Positions 9,273 through 19,152 are shown, counted from the first letter of the stretch. The stretch is 64,000 nucleotides of DNA from Candidatus Omnitrophota bacterium (GCA_029261055.1 JAJDCA010000038.1:9619-73618); one strand, 5' to 3'. Notes: generated by a model from the sequence alone, not told the origin. Numbers and translations are program-made.

Positions 9273-10103
9273 TTACGCAACTCTTAGCTGCCCCTGATCA
9301 ATCGTAATTTTACGTTCTTTGTACAAAAGCCCCACGGCCATTTTATATTTCTTTTTACTCACTCCAAATGTATCGGCAATCAAATCCGAATCACTCTTAT
9401 CCGTAATTTTTGATACCCCGCCATTAGCCTTCATGTACGCCAAAATTTTTTCTGACAAATCATCAGGTTTTTGATACCCCTGCTTGTCGAGACAAAGATC
9501 AATTTTCTGATCTTCTCTCATTTTCTTGATGTAACCCTTAACTTTTTGACCAACACTCAATTCTTGAAAAACTTCACCCGCATACAAAAGCCCCATATGT
9601 TGATTATTGATAATCGCATTGTATCCCAAGGCCGTTTGCTCACAAATCAAAAGATCCACAGGATCATTTTCGGAATAAGCCATATTTTCCGTATCGATAA
9701 ATTTTTCAAGATCCGACGATGCCGCAATACGCTCCCTTTCTTCATCATAAAATATCTTAACAACATACGATTCGCCCAATACCATCTTTTCAATTTGCTC
9801 GCTAAAGGGCACAAACAAATCCTTAGGCATGCCCCAATCTAAAAAAGTCCCCACAGAAGCCACATCGACCACCTTTAAATACGCAAACTCACCGACATAC
9901 CCCATAGGCCAACGCAGCGTTACAGTCATTTGATCATTATTATCACTGTAAAGAAAGACTTCTATCCAATCGCCTTTTTTGTAATTCCCTTGAACTTCTT
10001 CGGCAGGAAGTAGCATCATACCAAATTCTTTGGCGTCCAGATATAAACCCAAATCTACAACATCCTTCACTTCTAATTTATTAATTTTTCCGATTTCAAT
10101 CAT
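9273..10103 (-). CDS. cvfB: S1-domain RNA-binding protein CvfB/YitL family
   Basis: Tandem S1-like segments (GDWIEVFLYSD..., KVVDVASVGTFLDWGMPKDLFVPFSE) resemble B. subtilis YitL. Confidence 0.65.
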   Translation of the reverse strand: MIEIGKINKLEVKDVVDLGLYLDAKEFGMMLLPAEEVQGNYKKGDWIEVFLYSDNNDQMTVTLRWPMGYVGEFAYLKVVDVASVGTFLDWGMPKDLFVPFSEQIEKMVLGESYVVKIFYDEERERIAASSDLEKFIDTENMAYSENDPVDLLICEQTALGYNAIINNQHMGLLYAGEVFQELSVGQKVKGYIKKMREDQKIDLCLDKQGYQKPDDLSEKILAYMKANGGVSKITDKSDSDLIADTFGVSKKKYKMAVGLLYKERKITIDQGQLRVA

Positions 10104-10246
10104 TATTTATTCCTTTTTTGCATAACGATCCGTACTTTTCCAGGTATAAAAAAACCCCTCTCTTATTTAAAGGGGACATCTACAACCTCTTTCTGGGGAA
10201 ACCCTTAACTTTCTAAGTGGAAAGTATAATCTTTTTCTTCATCTTG

Positions 10247-10474
10247 TCAATCTTGAATAAAACGAAACCTTGGAAATTCTTTTCCCTCAACAATAACGTT
10301 CTCTGAAAACATAACCCGCGGCCGAACCCAAAGCGAATCTTCCCCAAATTCTGTTTTATACAAAGCCTTATAAACAACCAATTCCTCAACAGTTTCACTA
10401 TGATGCGCCACACCAATCACCTCATACCGTTTTCCTTTGTAATGCTCATATATTCCTTTTTGCATCTCTTCCAT
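10247..10474 (-). CDS. DUF1653 domain protein
   Basis: YEHYKGKRYEVIGVAHHSET...LVVY..LY...LWVRP is the DUF1653 signature. Confidence 0.6.
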   Translation of the reverse strand: MEEMQKGIYEHYKGKRYEVIGVAHHSETVEELVVYKALYKTEFGEDSLWVRPRVMFSENVIVEGKEFPRFRFIQD

Positions 10475-10496
10475 AAAGAAATCCTTTGTTCATGCG

Positions 10497-11216
10497 TTAT
10501 AAAAATTTAACAAAACTCATACCCAAGCCGATCAATCCACCAAATACGCCACCCCAGACAACAAGCCAGCCAAGATGTTTGCGGATCATTTCTTGAATAA
10601 TTTCTTTCACCATTTTAGGTGTAAGTTCATTCAGCCGTACATCGACAATTTCTTCAACCTTCTTAACAACTTCGGAACTGAGATGCGATGGAAGAATATT
10701 TTCCTCAAGAGCTTTAAGAAACGCTTCTGTTTTCGTTAAATCATGAACTTTAATTTTGATCTTCTCAATAAACGGTGCCCGCATCGGCTCAAGCGCTTTA
10801 ATCCCACCAAACATACCCAACATGCTGCCAAAATTTGACTTAGCCACCACTTCCAGCAGCCCGTTAAATACTTCATCAAAATTAATGGCACTAATCAAAG
10901 GATCAAAATTCATATGCGCAACGGTTGAATTCTTTTGCCCTTGAAAAAAACGATCCACATTCTCATCTGTAAAAAATTCCGACATGATCAAATGTTTAAT
11001 CCCCGCTTTAAATTCAATAAACCGACTTGGAATCACCCCTGACCCATACAAAAACGGAACCTTCTCAAACAACATATAAATCGCCAACCAATTAGTAACC
11101 GCCCCTGAAAACGCAAAAAACCCAACAGAAAGAATCTGCTCCCTATAAACCGGCGAAAAATACCCCACGATAATCGTGAGAATAGCTATTACGTTCGTAA
11201 TAAGACTTTTATTCAT
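10497..11216 (-). CDS. DUF445 family membrane protein
   Basis: N-terminal TM helix and a GAVTNWLAI.MLF...P.G.G.IP block. Confidence 0.5.
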   Translation of the reverse strand: MNKSLITNVIAILTIIVGYFSPVYREQILSVGFFAFSGAVTNWLAIYMLFEKVPFLYGSGVIPSRFIEFKAGIKHLIMSEFFTDENVDRFFQGQKNSTVAHMNFDPLISAINFDEVFNGLLEVVAKSNFGSMLGMFGGIKALEPMRAPFIEKIKIKVHDLTKTEAFLKALEENILPSHLSSEVVKKVEEIVDVRLNELTPKMVKEIIQEMIRKHLGWLVVWGGVFGGLIGLGMSFVKFL

Positions 11217-11234
11217 GTGTGTACATCCTTATGT

Positions 11235-11369
11235 TAGTAGATTTTTATTTTTTCACGGACTCTTGAATTTGAAAAACGATAACCCTTTTAGCCGCTGAGG
11301 CTTGAGATTCTTCTAAAACTCCTTCTTGTTGAAGAAAATCATCAAAACTACTTCCGATATGTTTATTTT
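11235..11369 (-). pseudogene. Truncated HigA-family antitoxin-like N-terminal fragment (copy 1)
   Basis: 44-aa ORF MIKKNKHIGSSFDDFLQQEGVLEESQASAAKRVIVFQIQESVKK. This matches only the N-terminal portion of about 95-aa HigA-type HTH antitoxins. A second copy with about 85% nt identity lies at 12449..12595. Confidence 0.4.
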
Positions 11370-11470
11370 TTTTAATCATCATTTTCCCCCTTTAACTTCC
11401 TTCATTCTACTTCTAGCAATATCTAAATTTTCTACCAACGGCATTGCTAATGGCCAGTCAAATTGTAAAA

Positions 11471-11785
11471 TCAAGTGGTATGCAATTCGTAATGGACTCC
11501 TTCTTTTTTTTGCAAAAAAGCTAAAATTTCAAACAGATTATTGGCAGTAGGATTACCGCTGTCACTAAACATTCTCATGACACTTTTAGATTCTTTATGT
11601 ATAAATTTTCCTAATTTCTCAAAGCCGATCGTTGCATTAATGTAGTCTCGAAGTAACGCTTTTCCCGTTTTTGTATCCCCTGAAATCATACGTTCAATAC
11701 TCTCTCGAAGCAATCCTTTTCGAAATTCAGGATCTCGAAGCGCGCGAGATTGAATTGTTTCTTTAAACCGACGTGTAATAGCCAT
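11471..11785 (-). CDS. Putative addiction-module antidote/XRE-like DNA-binding protein (TIGR02684-like)
   Basis: ALLRDYINATIGFEKLGKFIHKESKSVMRMFSDSGNPTANNLFEILAFL resembles antidote proteins that pair with RelE/ParE-type killers. No cognate toxin ORF was found. Confidence 0.5.
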   Translation of the reverse strand: MAITRRFKETIQSRALRDPEFRKGLLRESIERMISGDTKTGKALLRDYINATIGFEKLGKFIHKESKSVMRMFSDSGNPTANNLFEILAFLQKKEGVHYELHTT

Positions 11786-11876
11786 GCTACCCTCCTAATT
11801 TTTTTTGAATTTTATATTCTACAAGCTTAATCATAAAGTAACATATATGTTACTAATTGACAAGTTTTTATATTTG

Positions 11877-12093
11877 TAAAGGTTTAGCATTCTGTGTTAT
11901 CTGCGAGCTAAAGCATTGGTTTATTTCACGCAGGAACGCTTGTTCGCCCCTGCGGGCTCACATCACTCGACGAAAGCCCTGCGCATTCCATGCTGAACGC
12001 ATGGAAACCGGCTGCTTGGGCTTTCAACGTCCTGCTTAGAAATAAACCAATACTTTTTAACGCTCTTCGACAACTCAGAATGCTAAACCTTTA
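11877..12093. repeat. GC-rich 217-nt multi-stem palindromic element (MITE-like or structured ncRNA)
   Basis: Perfect 18-bp terminal inverted repeats TAAAGGTTTAGCATTCTG / CAGAATGCTAAACCTTTA. Nested internal stems (GGTTTATTTC/GAAATAAACC, GAAAGCCC/GGGCTTTC, CCATGC/GCATGG, GCCC..GGGC). Far higher GC than the flanks. Confidence 0.6.
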
Positions 12094-12302
12094 CGCTATT
12101 GAGCCATAGAATGTCTAAAACAATCCTCAGGGGTTTGCCCTTGTTTAACTCCAGCAATCCCCCGAGGTTTGTTGACGGTTAAAGCCACCATAAATACACC
12201 TCGCTAAACATTTACTTATATTCTTTAACAAATCCGACTATTCTAAATACAAAAAATCCCTCTCGAATTTCAATTTACGGGGAAATCAAACATTCTTGAG
12301 GG

Positions 12303-12320
12303 ATTGATACTAGTATCAAT
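12303..12320. promoter_or_regulatory. Perfect 18-bp palindrome ATTGATACTAGTATCAAT (candidate operator)
   Basis: Read directly. It lies in the 1.25-kb non-coding region between the XRE-like gene and the SDR gene. Confidence 0.35.
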
Positions 12321-12448
12321 TATTTTTCTATTTATGTCAAATTCTTAGAAATTAAATTATTGCATGTGTCTCGGGATTGAGTACTTGAAAAAATTTGTTT
12401 TATTATTTATTGAAAAATAATCGATTGCATACAGTGCCTACTTTTTTC

Positions 12449-12595
12449 TTATTTTTTTTCTTTTTTCATGCCATTTTTAATTTGAAAAACGATAACCTTC
12501 TTGGCCGCTGATGCTTGAGACTCTTCTAAAACACCTTCTTTTTGAAGAAAATCATCAAAATTACTTCCCATATGTTTATTTTTTCTTCTTTTCAA
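12449..12595 (-). pseudogene. Truncated HigA-family antitoxin-like N-terminal fragment (copy 2)
   Basis: ORF (L)KRRKNKHMGSNFDDFLQKEGVLEESQASAAKKVIVFQIKNGMKKEKK. The nucleotide sequence 12475-12595 is about 85% identical to 11265-11390. Confidence 0.4.
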
Positions 12596-13030
12596 CGATT
12601 TCTACACTTTATTAATGCCATAATGTAACAAAAATTACTATGTTCTTGTTACAAACCATGACCTAAAAATAGGAACAATCTCCGAGGTATGCCCAGCTAT
12701 CACCGAATTTACCACATTATACGAAACAAAAGAAGAAACAAACAAAGCAATTACTACGGTAATAATAGAATCTACAAAACGCTTAGGCCAGTCCTTACAA
12801 ATTTCATTACAAATTTTATTAATGCCCCTAGAAACCTTTTTTTTAATTCTTTCAATTTAATACCTCCACAAAAATTGGAAACACAATCTCAAGTAATAAT
12901 ATGTTGACAGCGTAAGAACTAAAGAAAGCAAATGACAAAAAACTATCCTCCTATTCTTTATTTGCTTATCTTCATCCCACTCTTTCTATCAATGCCCCAA
13001 CACACCAATCAAATGACTTTTCTCCTCCAC

Positions 13031-14584
13031 TCACCAATCCACTGGAAAATAGTCTTTGAGGAATTTTCCAGACCAATGTTTGCCGGTTAAAATTCCATCA
13101 AAAAATGGATCGCAGACGCGAGCGGCACCGTCTACTATGTCTAAGGGGGGTTGGAAGTCGTGCATGGTTTGTTTGCGTTCGGCGAGTGTGGCTGGGTCTT
13201 CGTCTGTTACCCATCCTGTATCGACGGCATTCATAAAAATTCCTGACTTTGCCAAATCACTCGCTGAAGTATGCGTTAGCATATTAAGAGCGGCTTTGGC
13301 CATGTTGGTATGGGGATGACGGTCTGTTTTCGTAAAGCGGTGGAACTTGCCTTCCATCGCTGAAACATTAACAATATGCTTTTGACCTGTATTCTCGCGT
13401 TTCATCATATTCGCGAATCGATTACACAAAACAAACGGGGCGATGGCATTGACCAATTGAAGCTCGATCATCTCGGCGGTGGCTATCTCTCCCAAACGTA
13501 ATCGCCAGCTGTTGGTAGCGCGTAAATCGACCTGCTGAAGATCAGAGTCCAACTTACCTTCAGGAAAAACCTGATCAGACTGAATCGCAGCATCATGTAC
13601 GTAAGAAACCTGGCTGAGTTGGGCTGAGGCATTGATACCCACGCCTTTTATTTTTCCACTCCAAGCCGTTGCCAACGCCTGACCAGCCAATTTCGGGGTA
13701 GGCCCCAACACGAGCTGTTCTTTACATTTTTGGAATGATTGCAAAAGCAACTGAGTATTACTGTCGAGCTGATCAAAAGACAATAATTCATTCGTCATCA
13801 AATGCGCATAAAAACCCGGAGGCCGTCGTACAGTCTGCGCCGCATTATTAATAAGGATGTCCAAACGATCATACGTGCTTTCAATATAATTACAAAAAAG
13901 CTCCACACTGGGCGTATGACGAAGGTCCAACCCGTAGACATGCAGACGCTCCTTCCATTGGGTAAAATCCTCTTCTTTAGAATAACGCTGAGCTGCGTCC
14001 ACGGGAAAACGTGTACTAACAATAACACGCGCCCCTGCGCGCAGCATCATCAGCGCCGACTGATAGCCAATTTTAAGACGCGCCCCGGTGATAAAAGCTG
14101 TCTGCCCTTTTAAGGAAGCACTCTGAAACCGTTTGGCATAATTAAACTCGGCACACGTCGGGCACATCGAATCATAAAAAAAATGTAGTTTTGTAAAAAG
14201 TGCCTTACAGACATAACAATTGACGGGTTTGATAAGGTGGGTTTCCTTAGCTTCATTTTCGGAACCGGCATCACCCACCTTTTGAGGTGCAATAAAAACC
14301 GTGGCCTCACGCGCACTGCGAATACCCGTAACCTTACGCGCATTTCTTTGATGTTGATCAATCCGCTTTTTCTTCAGACGTCGACTGTCCCTTTTCCTCT
14401 TGAGCATCTCCTCACGTACAGGCATCGCAAACTTCCCACAAGCCTTCATCAACGCAATCTTTTGCTCCTGAGAAAGATGCCCCATCGTAGCGCTATTGTC
14501 GACAAGGTCATTGAGCGTATCAATAACCGCCTGAATCTCAGTCTCTGTGTATTTTGACTCTGGAATGGGGTGTGAATTAGTCAC
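13031..14584 (-). CDS. Atypical SDR-family oxidoreductase with an N-terminal Cys-rich (CxxC...CxxC) extension
   Basis: Rossmann block [31 protein letters not shown] and NNAAQT. The 517-aa length is unusual for an SDR. Confidence 0.5.
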   Translation of the reverse strand: MTNSHPIPESKYTETEIQAVIDTLNDLVDNSATMGHLSQEQKIALMKACGKFAMPVREEMLKRKRDSRRLKKKRIDQHQRNARKVTGIRSAREATVFIAPQKVGDAGSENEAKETHLIKPVNCYVCKALFTKLHFFYDSMCPTCAEFNYAKRFQSASLKGQTAFITGARLKIGYQSALMMLRAGARVIVSTRFPVDAAQRYSKEEDFTQWKERLHVYGLDLRHTPSVELFCNYIESTYDRLDILINNAAQTVRRPPGFYAHLMTNELLSFDQLDSNTQLLLQSFQKCKEQLVLGPTPKLAGQALATAWSGKIKGVGINASAQLSQVSYVHDAAIQSDQVFPEGKLDSDLQQVDLRATNSWRLRLGEIATAEMIELQLVNAIAPFVLCNRFANMMKRENTGQKHIVNVSAMEGKFHRFTKTDRHPHTNMAKAALNMLTHTSASDLAKSGIFMNAVDTGWVTDEDPATLAERKQTMHDFQPPLDIVDGAARVCDPFFDGILTGKHWSGKFLKDYFPVDW

Positions 14585-14620
14585 AAATATCTTTCTTCAA
14601 TCATAGATTGCATTAGTGGG

Positions 14621-14914
14621 TTAAGGATGCGGTGTAATCGCAATAATTGTAATTTCTTTTTTATCCGGGCCGTAATACCAAAAAATACGATAAGCCGCTG
14701 GTGTATTTTGTTCAGCATATGCTTCAAAAACCTTTTTCCCAATAAGCTTCGTTAGGCTGGTAAATTCATGTGTTTGTAAACTTGGATGGCGAGGATTTGT
14801 CTTTAAATAGGACAAAGCCCTTTTTACAGCGCTGTATCTTTTCTTAAGGCCTTTATCTTTTTTTAGCGCATCATACTGCTCTTCAGCTTCATTTGTGTAA
14901 TTAAGCGTAAACAT
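14621..14914 (-). CDS. RelE/ParE-family type II toxin
   Basis: 97 aa. The C-terminal RIFWYYGPDKKEITIIAITPHP is typical of RelE/ParE/YafQ-like toxins. It sits immediately downstream of a small antitoxin-like gene. Confidence 0.55.
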   Translation of the reverse strand: MFTLNYTNEAEEQYDALKKDKGLKKRYSAVKRALSYLKTNPRHPSLQTHEFTSLTKLIGKKVFEAYAEQNTPAAYRIFWYYGPDKKEITIIAITPHP

Positions 14915-14919
14915 TAAGT

Positions 14920-15168
14920 CTAATCTTTATCAGGATCAAATGGTTTAATTTTGCCGTTTTCAGCATCTTTCAAGCCCCTAAAAACACTGGCTAAAGCATC
15001 AGGATTTTTATAGAGCCACATTTCCCTCTCAGGAATAGCCTCCATCGGCTCCAACACAATTCTCCCATCTTCTAATTTGGCATCAAACAGTTTGGTTGAA
15101 ATGCCAGTAAGAAGCTTTCCTAATGTTACGCGATTTTGTTTGTCCAATGTAACTAACATATTATTCAC
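14920..15168 (-). CDS. AbrB/MazE/SpoVT-type antitoxin
   Basis: 82 aa. The N-terminal swapped-hairpin-like NRVTLGK...DGRIVLEP pattern. It is 5 nt upstream of the toxin gene. Confidence 0.5.
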   Translation of the reverse strand: MNNMLVTLDKQNRVTLGKLLTGISTKLFDAKLEDGRIVLEPMEAIPEREMWLYKNPDALASVFRGLKDAENGKIKPFDPDKD

Positions 15169-15274
15169 CTCACTTTTTTATTTTAACCACAATATAAGTA
15201 TACCCTATTTAGCACCATATTGTCAAATAGGTGAATCACCTATTTGACTATCTGAATAATAGTAAGCTTGAAAA

Positions 15275-17362
15275 TTATTCAAAACAAAACTTTGTCTTAT
15301 ACTCTTTATCTAGGGTAATACGTGCATCAAAAGGTTTGCCAGCTTTTGAGGTGAAGCCTTTGATTAAATCGGATTTCCCATCTTTAAAAATTTTTCTTGC
15401 CTGGGCGTGGGAGATTTTCTTGCCGGCAATGGTCCACCATAAAACAAATGGGCAGCCTTCTCTGTATTGTGCACAATAATACGCTTTACGGCCTTCTAGA
15501 ATTTGGCCTTTTTTGCATTGTGGGCATACGCCAAGACTATCTTTTTTAGAATAACCTGACTGAGACATCCGACTCGTTTGTATGATCGGCACAATCTTTT
15601 TCGTAAACGCTTCAATCTCCTGCATAAAATCTAAACCTTTTAACTTACCGTCTTGAATGGCTGCTAATTTTTGTTCCCATTGCGCGGTCAACTCAGGGCT
15701 TTTTAAATCGCTTACCACGGTATGAACTAACCGAATGCCTTTTTCCGTTGGAATGAGGCTCTTTCCTTTACGAAAGATATACTCCGATTTAAGCAAACGT
15801 TCAATCACGGATGCGCGCGTTGCCTGTGTACCAAGCCCTTGATCTTTCAGTCGGGCCGCCAAAGAACTATCATCCACTTGCCGTCCAATGTAACGCATAG
15901 CGTTTAATAACGTTCCATCTGTGTATAATTTTGGTGGAGCGGTTTCTTTTTCCTGAACATCCAGCGCGTCGATAGGACAGGTCTCTCCTTTTTTAAACTT
16001 GGCTTCCAATAGGGCCTGCACCTCAGGACGAACTGGATAAGGAGCCTGCGGATCCTTTTGATACACACGCCGCCACCCAACCTCAACGGCACGGGCGCCT
16101 TTGCATTTGAAACATTCTCCGTCAATATCCAAAATAACTTCTGTCACCTCTTCCACAAAATCCGGATGAAAAATGGAAATAAATCTTTTTTGAATCAATA
16201 AATACACCTGGCTTAATTTGTCCGAAAGAATACCTTGCTGCTTTTTCCCTGTTGGAATAATGGCATGATGGTCAGTCAATTTTTTATCGTCGATGTAATT
16301 CTTGCCAAGAACGTGCCCAGAAGACAGATACTGCAAAGATTCCTGCGCCAACGGCTGCAGAGCCTCTGGTGCATTTTTAAGAATAGCCGGTAACTGCGGT
16401 CGCATTTTCTCAGACAGATGCCGGGATTCGGTTCGAGGATACGAAATCAACTTATGTTGTTCGTACAAATTTTGCGCCAAATCCAACGTTTCCTTGGCGG
16501 TGTAACCAAATTTGTCATTACATTCCTTCTGCAAGAGCGTTAAATCATACAATGGCAATGGACCGGTTTTCCGTTTTGATTTTTTAATACCGGTAATGAC
16601 TCCGGGCTTGCCGTCCAATTTTTTCTTTAAGGCTTCTGATCTTTCTTTTGCATCAATTTTGTATCCATCTTTGTCTTCCCACCGAAAATCCACCTGACGT
16701 GTTTGGGCATGCAATTCATAATAATAAAATTTCTGAAACCCCTGAATAAGTTCATAACGATTCACAATAAGCGCCAGCGTCGGCGTTTGAACACGCCCTA
16801 CAGTATACAATTGACCATGCCGCACCGAATAGGCCCGCGTGGCATTCAGCCCCACCAACCAATCCGCAAAAGCCCGACACTGCGCCGACGTCCCTAACGG
16901 ATTAAATGATGCCCCCGGATGCAATGAACCCAAACCGTCACGAATACTTTCATCGGTTAAATCAGAAATCCACAGACGTTTAAACGGTTTTTGACACCCG
17001 CAACGTCGATAAATCCAACGAAAAATTAATTCTCCCTCACGCCCGGCATCCGTCGCATTAATAATTTCATCACAGCCATTAAATAATCGACTGATCGTAT
17101 TAAATTGATCAAGACTTTTAGGATAGGTAGCGAGTTGAAAGGCCTCCGGAATCATGGGCAGCTGGGCAAAACTCCATTTTCCACCCCACCGTTCATTCAT
17201 CACCGACGGTTCAGCAATGCCCACCAAATGACCAAAAGCCCAGGTCACCTGATACCCAGCCCCTTCCAGCCATCCATTACGCTTTTGTGATGCGCCCACC
17301 ACCCGCGCAATATCACGCGCCACACTCGGTTTTTCTGCTAATATTACTTTCATAACATGCAA
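15275..17362 (-). CDS. topB: DNA topoisomerase III
   Basis: Toprim (ILAEKPSVARDIA), the catalytic region, and C-terminal Zn-ribbon Cys pairs. Strong match to the TopB architecture. Confidence 0.85.
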   Translation of the reverse strand: MHVMKVILAEKPSVARDIARVVGASQKRNGWLEGAGYQVTWAFGHLVGIAEPSVMNERWGGKWSFAQLPMIPEAFQLATYPKSLDQFNTISRLFNGCDEIINATDAGREGELIFRWIYRRCGCQKPFKRLWISDLTDESIRDGLGSLHPGASFNPLGTSAQCRAFADWLVGLNATRAYSVRHGQLYTVGRVQTPTLALIVNRYELIQGFQKFYYYELHAQTRQVDFRWEDKDGYKIDAKERSEALKKKLDGKPGVITGIKKSKRKTGPLPLYDLTLLQKECNDKFGYTAKETLDLAQNLYEQHKLISYPRTESRHLSEKMRPQLPAILKNAPEALQPLAQESLQYLSSGHVLGKNYIDDKKLTDHHAIIPTGKKQQGILSDKLSQVYLLIQKRFISIFHPDFVEEVTEVILDIDGECFKCKGARAVEVGWRRVYQKDPQAPYPVRPEVQALLEAKFKKGETCPIDALDVQEKETAPPKLYTDGTLLNAMRYIGRQVDDSSLAARLKDQGLGTQATRASVIERLLKSEYIFRKGKSLIPTEKGIRLVHTVVSDLKSPELTAQWEQKLAAIQDGKLKGLDFMQEIEAFTKKIVPIIQTSRMSQSGYSKKDSLGVCPQCKKGQILEGRKAYYCAQYREGCPFVLWWTIAGKKISHAQARKIFKDGKSDLIKGFTSKAGKPFDARITLDKEYKTKFCFE

Positions 17363-17398
17363 GATACGAAATCGCTTTGAGCAAATATTAACACATTC

Positions 17399-17611
17399 GG
17401 CTCAGAAGAGGACTCCTTCTGGTCGCCCTCTAATTCGCCGCATGCATTAATATTTGCTTTACGCGATTATGACTCTTAATATATAAACCGTCGGTCAATT
17501 CGTCTTAACAAGAGGTTATGTTGAAGCCTGAAGGCGAATTGGACGCAGCCCCGAAGGGGACCGTCCTCTGAGCCGTAAGGCTTCAACATAACCTCCAATA
17601 GACGAATTGAC
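17399..17611. repeat. 213-nt GC-rich structured element with nested and long-range inverted repeats
   Basis: Pairs GTCAATTCGTCT/AGACGAATTGAC, GGTTATGTTGAAGCCT/AGGCTTCAACATAACC, GGCTCAGA.GAGGAC/GTCCTCTGAGCC, AATTCGCC/GGCGAATT and CCCCGAAGGGG. It lies in the leader region of topB. Confidence 0.55.
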
Positions 17612-17626
17612 TGAAAGCCTCCTAAA

Positions 17627-18304
17627 TTACCGCCAAAGTTGCTTTATTTGTTTCTGATACTTGAGCCGAAAAAATTCAAATTCAGGGGTTAACTGATAGA
17701 CCCCTCGAGAAACGCGCTCAAACCAAAATTCAAAATTCCTATTCAAAATGTCTACAGTTTTTTCGATATCCAAATTCTTTTTAATATCTTGCGTCGATGA
17801 TGGCCCATGTTCAAATAAATACATAGCGACACGAATTGCCTTTTCTTTATACGCCGTGAATAATAACTCCCGAGTGCTTCCGCCTCGATTTAAATCAATG
17901 CTCCGTCCTTCAAACTCTTTTAAAGCCATTTTTTTCTTTGCATAATTCTTACGTGCCGTAAACGGTCCAGGTTCAAATTCTACAACAACATTTTTCTTTG
18001 TATGCTGATCTAATGTCATAAGACCACAATGCAAACGCTTCAAGAGGGCACACATTTTTTTGTAAGACTTGGGCCAACGCCCGCCCTTTCCCAAGGGAAC
18101 ATAAGCATACACTTGATCTGTAATTTTGAGACGTTCTATGAGTTGATACACCAATTGAAGATTAAAACTTATTTTCATTTCAACAATCAAGATTTCATCC
18201 CCCTTCTGCGCCATAACATCAATACTTTCCACTTCAGAATGCACAGTATATCCCTTGGCTTTTAAAAATTTCTTAAGCGGTTTGTACATCTCGACTTCTT
18301 TCAT
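17627..18304 (-). CDS. PD-(D/E)XK nuclease-fold protein (DUF2161-like)
   Basis: The N-terminal motif E..D(V)...E(M)K, GYTVHSEVESIDVMAQKGDEILIVEMK, resembles restriction-endonuclease-like folds. Confidence 0.4.
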   Translation of the reverse strand: MKEVEMYKPLKKFLKAKGYTVHSEVESIDVMAQKGDEILIVEMKISFNLQLVYQLIERLKITDQVYAYVPLGKGGRWPKSYKKMCALLKRLHCGLMTLDQHTKKNVVVEFEPGPFTARKNYAKKKMALKEFEGRSIDLNRGGSTRELLFTAYKEKAIRVAMYLFEHGPSSTQDIKKNLDIEKTVDILNRNFEFWFERVSRGVYQLTPEFEFFRLKYQKQIKQLWR

Positions 18305-18465
18305 AGCGGCTCAAATATATCACAAATGCTGATAGTTTGTAAAAATATTACCGCCTAACCCATTCACAATCCATCCATAAGAAAATGTTATCGGAAATAA
18401 AATATCAATAACATTGACTATTTCCCTTATTGTTCATAGAATGCGATCTTTAAAATAACTCAAAC

Positions 18466-19152
18466 TTGGAGAACGCAATGAAAATTAAACATTTTATCCT
18501 AAGTCTCATCATCTTATTGGCCCTTACCCCCGCTATTCAGGCCGAGGATGATTTCCAATATTGGTCACAATATTCCTTAAAAATGATTGATACAGAAAAA
18601 ATTGACTGGAGCATTTATACGGAAGGGCGATTTTATAATGATGCCAAGGATGTGGGATTATATTTAGTGAGTCAAAAAATCAAATATGATTTCTTTAAAC
18701 ACCTCAGCCTTGGAACGAATTACACCTACCTGCAGTTTAAAACCAATAATACCGTAGCCAGCCGCTCCGAATTTAAATATCAACACCGGGCGGAGCTTGA
18801 AATTAATCCGCATTGGTCTTTCGGCGACGTTCTTAAATTTGATAGTCGTAATCGCGTAGAATTTCGTTGGATCGAAGATAAAGGCTCTTACAATACCCGC
18901 TCACGGCACCGTCTCAACTTCACCTTCCCTATTAAGAATAAACGGTTCTTAAAAGGCATTTATGCCAATTCAGAATTCTTTTACAATATTGCAGAAAATC
19001 AATATGATGAAAATCGATCTGTCCCCATTGGCCTCAATTTTAAACTCAATGACAAATCATCGCTTAAAACATTTTATATGATCCAGGCTAAAAAAGGGAC
19101 CAACTGGAGTTCTAACCAAATTCTCGGAACACTCCTTTCCCTTAAATTTTAA
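18466..19152 (+). CDS. DUF2490 outer-membrane/periplasmic protein
   Basis: Signal peptide and an FQYWSQY...Y..G.FY block. Confidence 0.5.
   Translation: MENAMKIKHFILSLIILLALTPAIQAEDDFQYWSQYSLKMIDTEKIDWSIYTEGRFYNDAKDVGLYLVSQKIKYDFFKHLSLGTNYTYLQFKTNNTVASRSEFKYQHRAELEINPHWSFGDVLKFDSRNRVEFRWIEDKGSYNTRSRHRLNFTFPIKNKRFLKGIYANSEFFYNIAENQYDENRSVPIGLNFKLNDKSSLKTFYMIQAKKGTNWSSNQILGTLLSLKF

Noticed and set aside
11877-12093. Assignment of the palindromic GC-rich element as 6S RNA or another named ncRNA.
   Set aside because: The 18-bp perfect terminal stem and the overall twofold symmetry fit a MITE-like inverted-repeat element at least as well. I cannot match it to conserved 6S, SRP or RNase P motifs from sequence alone.
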